Positions 39,665 through 44,027 of a DNA stretch of 44,027 bases are shown here, piece after piece; the stretch's first letter is position 1; the number at the start of each line of letters is the position of its first letter. The DNA is from an uncultured Spirochaetota bacterium (GTDB lineage: Bacteria; Spirochaetota; Spirochaetia; SZUA-6; Fen-1364). Below the pieces are notes generated by a model. It made no database searches, was not told the origin of the DNA, and was given only the letters and a program-made list of their open reading frames with translations. The stretch is taken from contig CAVUXE010000083.1 in the NCBI GenBank assembly GCA_963745235.1, forward strand, positions 1-44,027. Reading direction: 5' to 3'. The position numbers and the translations under genes are program-made.

Positions 39665-40160
39665 ATGGAAGAGATCAGCCGGGCAGCTCACCAGCTTCAT
39701 TGACGAGTCACGAAGCGCGCTCCTGTCGATTTCCGAAGCGCGCGCCTCTGAGAAGCCATTCCCGGAAAAATGGTCCATCAAGGAAATCCTTGGACACCTG
39801 ATGGATTCCGCGGCGAACAATCTCCAGCGGATCGTCCGGATGCAGGAAAAGAGTGATATCGGCGCTTTCGGGTATTCCCAGGAACACTGGGTCCGAAGCC
39901 AGCAGTACCAGGGGAGGCCGTGGGTGGACCTCGTTGAGCTTTGGCACCGGTACAACGCGCATCTTGCCCACGTCATTGGGCGCGTCGACCCCGCATCCAT
40001 CTCGCACACCTGTGACATGGGCTATCCCTCGCCGGCACCATTGAAGTTCGTGATCGAGGACTATCTCAGGCACGTCCAGCACCATGTCAGCCAGATCCTG
40101 GGGGGCGCGGATCCGCGCGAGCGTACCAAGTGGGTGCCGCGGGATCCCGGCAAGGAATAG
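39665..40160 (+). CDS. DinB/YfiT family protein (frameshift ~39682)
   Basis: 'KWSIKEILGHLMDSAANN.QR', 'N.HLAHV', 'DYLRHVQHH'. Confidence 0.85.
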
Positions 40161-40166
40161 CCGCGG

Positions 40167-40691
40167 CTACGCGAAAAGCTCACCGCGCTCCAGGGCAAGC
40201 AGCCTGTCCTTGGTTGCAAGACCCCCGCCGTACCCGACCAGCGTGCCGTTGGAGCCAATGACGCGGTGACACGGGATGATGATGGAGATGGGATTGGCGT
40301 GGTTCGCCCCACCCACCGCGCGGACCGCCGCGGGGCGGCCGATACGCCGCGCAAGCTCGCCATAGGACATCGTTGTCCCGTAGGGAATCAAAGGGAGCGT
40401 GTTCCACACCGCGAGCTGGAACTCTGTTCCAACAAGATGCATCGGCACGTCGAAGGATCGAAGCTCGCGGCGAAAATAGGCGTTGAGCTGCCGAACCACG
40501 TCGCGAAACAGGCTGTCTGAAGCCTGCCATTCGTCGCCCAGGCTGGTTGCGGAACCCTCCGGCGCAAAGCTCAGGAGCCAGAGCCCGCGATCGTCCCCGG
40601 CAAGCAGCAGGCGCCCCACGGGGCTGCCAACGAAGGAGTATGCAAGACGCGCGGCCGCCGCTTGTGATCTCCGTGAACGTGTCGTTTCCAT
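40167..40691 (-). CDS. ogt: Methylated-DNA-[protein]-cysteine S-methyltransferase
   Basis: GTEFQ..VW, IPYG.T.SYGELA, RAVG.AN, IPCHRV. Confidence 0.95.
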   Translation of the reverse strand: METTRSRRSQAAAARLAYSFVGSPVGRLLLAGDDRGLWLLSFAPEGSATSLGDEWQASDSLFRDVVRQLNAYFRRELRSFDVPMHLVGTEFQLAVWNTLPLIPYGTTMSYGELARRIGRPAAVRAVGGANHANPISIIIPCHRVIGSNGTLVGYGGGLATKDRLLALERGELFA

Positions 40692-40692
40692 T

Positions 40693-41578
40693 TCAGCCTC
40701 CGGCTGACAGAGCCTTCCACAGGTATATTGCGGCATACCCGCGCCACGGGGCAAGCAGGCCGATGGCCCTCTTTCTCCTGGTCTTGTCCGCGGGGTATCC
40801 GAGCGCGTCAAGAGACTTCCGAATCACGAGATCTGATTCGGGGAAGGCGTCAGGCTCCCCCATCCCGCGAAGCGCAACATATTGAGCGCTCCACGGACCG
40901 ATGCCGGGGATCAGTTGGAAATCTTTCTCAAGCTGGTCCGCTGGCACCGAGCCGTCCAACCGCAGGGAGCCATCCAGAATGGCCCGGGAGACCGCGGAGA
41001 GAGTTCTCGCCCGCGACGCGGGTATGCCGAACGTGGAGAGATCCGCGTTCGCAAGGTCAGATGGCGCGGGGAATGCGCGCGTGATGGCTCCTTCGCCCTC
41101 CACAGGTTTTCCGTAGCGCTGCGCAATGCGGCAGACGATCGTGATTGCTCCCGCGACGCTTATCTGCTGCCCAAGGACGGCCCGGACAACCGCTTCGAAC
41201 GGGTCCCACGTGAGCGGGATCCTCATCCCCGGGAACGCATTCACCACCGGCTCGGAGCCGGGGGTCACGACCCAGGTGGGCACAGATTGCGCGGGGATCC
41301 GCGTCCAGGCCGAACATCCTTCGAATGCGGCTGACGGCATGGTCACGCATCGCCGCGGGTATCCCGTGCAGAGCGACATGCAGCCGGTGCCTGCCGTCTC
41401 GCGAAGGCCATGCCTCCAGGGTCCCCGTCGCCCTGCCAAGGGAAATCGATCTGCGATAGGAGATTTCGGCCACCTCTTCAACTCCCCTCACGGCCCTCTT
41501 TCGAAAGAAAGTCATGAGCTCCTCCCACCGCAAAGGCGGGCGGTACACGAGGGAAATGATGTGGCGATCCTTGGACAC
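40693..41578 (-). CDS. alkA: DNA-3-methyladenine glycosylase II with AlkA_N domain (frameshift ~41260)
   Basis: 'YRPP..W....F...RAV.GVE', 'DPFEAVVRAVLGQQISV', HhH 'IPGIGPWSA', 'PDAFP..D', 'PWRGYA'. Confidence 0.9.
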
Positions 41579-41643
41579 CCCACAAGTGTACTGCCCAAAC
41601 CCTGCATCGCCGGAGTATATTAGTGCTTCAGAGTGAGCGCGCA

Positions 41644-42999
41644 ATGAAATACTGCCTCCTGCACCTGGGGTGCCAGATGAACCGGTCGGATGCGGAAAGG
41701 GTCCGCACCGTGATCGAGGGGCTCGGGTACGATCGGACGGACGATGAGCGGGATGCCGACCTCCTGGGAATCGTCGCCTGCTCCGTGCGCCAGAGGGCCA
41801 TCGACAAGGCATACGCCCGCATCCGCCTGTGGAACTCGTGGAAGTCCGCGAAGAGCCTCCTCACGTTCGTCACCGGCTGCGTGCTTCCCGCGGACAGGGA
41901 GAAGTTCCTCACCCTGTTCGACCTCGTGTTCGACATAACGGAAGCTCCCCAGCTCCCCGACATGATCCGTCAGTACGGCGTCGTGACTGGCGTCGGAATG
42001 GATACCGTCATCCCGCGCGACAGTCTGCAGGACGCCGCAACGGGGTACTGGCGCATCAGGCCGAGTTACAGCTCGGGCTTCGAGGCGTACGTGCCCATCC
42101 AGAACGGATGCGACAAGTTCTGCACTTTCTGCGCGGTCCCGTACACGCGCGGACCGGAAGTCTCGCGCCCCTCGGAGGAAATCCTCCGGGAAGTGGCCGG
42201 CCTTGTGGAAAACGGCTACAAGTCAATCACGCTGCTCGGACAAAACGTCAACTCCTATGGCCTGGACAGGACGGGACAGGAAATCAGCTTCGCCGGCCTC
42301 CTGCGAATGATCGGCGAGATGGGGAACGCGTCGGGTCGGGACTTCTGGGTCTATTTCACCTCGCCGCATCCGCGCGACATGACCGAGGAGGTCATTCGCG
42401 TCATCGCCGCGTACCCGTGCCTTGCAAAACAGATCCACCTGCCGCTCCAGTCAGGTGATGACAGGATCCTGATCCGCATGAATCGCAACTACATGGTGGA
42501 CCAGTACCGGGAAACGGTGCGGATGGTCAGGTCAATCCTCCCGCAGGCAACGCTTTTCACTGACATCATCGTGGGATTCAGCGGTGAGACCGAGGCGGAG
42601 TTCGAGAACACCCGGAACGCCATGCGGGAGTTCCAGTACAACATGGCGTATGTGGCGATGTATTCTCCCCGCCCGGGCGCCGCGAGCTTCCGGTGGCCGG
42701 ACGATGTCCCGCACGATGAGAAAAACAGGCGCCTCCATGTGCTCAGCGCCGAGCTTGCCGGCACCTCCCGTGAGCACAACCGGAGCATGATCGGGCGGGA
42801 CTACCGCGTGCTGGTGGAGGGCTCCGACCGCAAGGAAGGATACCTGTCCGCGAAAACAGAGGGGAGAATCGTCGTGCGATTCCCCAGCGCTGACCGCTCC
42901 CTCGTGGGGCAGTTTGCCACCGTGCGCATCACCTCGGCGGCATCACTGTCCGTGGAGGGCGAGCTTGCAGGCGTCCCGGCCCCGGTCCTTGCCGAGTGA
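41644..42999 (+). CDS. miaB: tRNA methylthiotransferase MiaB
   Basis: GCQMN..D, CSVR, TGC; rSAM CDKFCTFC.VPYTRG; TSPHPRD; HLPLQSG; C-terminal TRAM domain. Confidence 0.9.
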   Translation: MKYCLLHLGCQMNRSDAERVRTVIEGLGYDRTDDERDADLLGIVACSVRQRAIDKAYARIRLWNSWKSAKSLLTFVTGCVLPADREKFLTLFDLVFDITEAPQLPDMIRQYGVVTGVGMDTVIPRDSLQDAATGYWRIRPSYSSGFEAYVPIQNGCDKFCTFCAVPYTRGPEVSRPSEEILREVAGLVENGYKSITLLGQNVNSYGLDRTGQEISFAGLLRMIGEMGNASGRDFWVYFTSPHPRDMTEEVIRVIAAYPCLAKQIHLPLQSGDDRILIRMNRNYMVDQYRETVRMVRSILPQATLFTDIIVGFSGETEAEFENTRNAMREFQYNMAYVAMYSPRPGAASFRWPDDVPHDEKNRRLHVLSAELAGTSREHNRSMIGRDYRVLVEGSDRKEGYLSAKTEGRIVVRFPSADRSLVGQFATVRITSAASLSVEGELAGVPAPVLAE

Positions 43000-43050
43000 C
43001 GGACAGAGGCGTGTGCATGAGGCCTGATTGCGCTGAACAGGGACGGAAGC

Positions 43051-43598
43051 CTACAGCCAGGAGGTGAGCACGGGAGCGAGTCCCAGAAGCCCGAGGGTCA
43101 GCAGCACGCCCAGAAGGACTCCGCCGACGACGTCGAAGACGTAGTGGATTCCGATGGCAATGCGGGACAGGACCATGAAGGGGCTCCAGATGGCTATCCC
43201 GAGCGCGGCTCCCCAGGGCCCGAACACGATGGAAAGGAAGATGAGCATTGTGGCGCGCGCGGCATGTCCGGACGGGAAGGAGAACGGGTCTGCCCGCCTG
43301 TAGATCCGGCCTGCCTCCCCGGGGGCCGGGGCCTGCGGATGCACATCTTGATGGCAATCACGGCGATCTCCGCTATGACAAGCCCCGCGAAAACGATGAC
43401 CGCCCGCGTCTTCCACTGCGCATTTCCCAGGAACCAAGCGAGCAGGCACAGGCCGGCCCAGATGAAGCTGTCCCCTGAGTGCGCAAGGCCAAGAGCGACG
43501 GTCTGTGCAAACCCGCGGCCTGGAGACAGCGTGAGCGGCATGGTGAGGGAGGCGTCAAGAGTCTGGATGCGGTCTTTGAGACCGGCGTGCCGCGTCAT
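43051..43598 (-). CDS. PAP2 family phosphatase (frameshift ~43320)
   Basis: K..IRRPRP, SFPSGHA, SRIAIGIHY..DV. Confidence 0.88.
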
Positions 43599-43621
43599 GG
43601 CGGATTGTGTAGCCGATTTGC

Positions 43622-43650
43622 TTGACTTTGCCTATCCCCGTGGTTAGCAT
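43622..43650 (+). promoter_or_regulatory. Sigma70-type promoter of recD2
   Basis: TTGACT-17-TAGCAT. Confidence 0.5.
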
Positions 43651-43677
43651 CGGGCCCACAAATGTTCGAGCCCGGGA

Positions 43678-44027
43678 ATGAAGCCACAGCCTGACCTGTT
43701 CGATTCATCAGACCTCGTCGTCATCGAAGCGACCCTGGCCCGCGTCCGCTACGCGAACGAAGAAGATGACTGGAGCGTCGTCGTCCTGGAGCTCCCGGGG
43801 GCAGGCGGGGAAGTGACGGCTGTCGGCAACCTGGGCGGCGTGCAGCCGGGGGAAAGCCTTCAGCTGAAAGGAAGATGGACGCAGCATCCGAAGTTCGGCC
43901 GCCAGCTCAAGGTGGAGTCCTTCACCGCTCTCCCCCCGGCAACCGCGGCGGGGATCGAACGGCTGCTCGGATCCGGTCTCATCGAGGGGATCGGCAAGGA
44001 GCTTGCTTCCCGGCTGGTCTCCCGGTT
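43678..44027 (+). CDS. recD2: RecD2-like ATP-dependent DNA helicase, N-terminus (runs off window)
   Basis: Manual translation: 'RVRYANEEDDWSV', 'VTAVGNL...PGESL.L.G.W..HPKFG.Q..V', 'GIERLLGSGLIEGIG'. Confidence 0.9.
   Translation, partial: MKPQPDLFDSSDLVVIEATLARVRYANEEDDWSVVVLELPGAGGEVTAVGNLGGVQPGESLQLKGRWTQHPKFGRQLKVESFTALPPATAAGIERLLGSGLIEGIGKELASRLVSR

Noticed and set aside
1-44027. Numerous long overlapping or antisense ORFs (e.g. 7113-8363, 19991-21313, 24426-26051, 31443-33263); CRISPR, tRNA, rRNA and IS elements
   Set aside because: The ORFs are shadows of GC-rich real genes with no recognisable motifs; no repeat-spacer array, cloverleaf, rRNA, transposase or integrase signature was seen

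Overview
GC-rich bacterial window with about 55 genes and no rRNA, tRNA, CRISPR array or mobile element. It is plausibly from an uncultured free-living Spirochaetia; this is a weak inference from lipoprotein signal style and gene content. Many genes carry single-base frameshifts (ABC exporter, hppA, prpBCD, glgP, arsR, acr3, arsP, dinB, alkA, PAP2), most consistent with long-read indel errors. Housekeeping content: a heterodimeric ABC exporter, aminotransferase, membrane pyrophosphatase, the methylcitrate operon prpBCD, sseA, glgP, cobB-ltaE-dinB, alkA-ogt, miaB and a partial recD2. Most notable: (1) a ~9 kb redox/metalloid island, with a Rieske-glutaredoxin-FTR-Rieske operon divergent from arsR-acr3-arsP-thioredoxin-ferredoxin-DUF6951-tauE-fmdE-fmdE-thioredoxin-ccdA and no arsC; (2) a three-gene cytochrome b6-like module with an unlisted 58-aa membrane peptide and no adjacent Rieske or cytochrome c gene; (3) a promoter-structured leader-terminator element upstream of an AbrB-radical SAM/SPASM gene; (4) a 51-aa secreted peptide translationally coupled to a membrane-bound LuxR-type regulator; (5) pervasive TANNNT-N6-start (leaderless) signatures; (6) a 5' fragment of the VOC gene duplicated onto a neighbouring gene.
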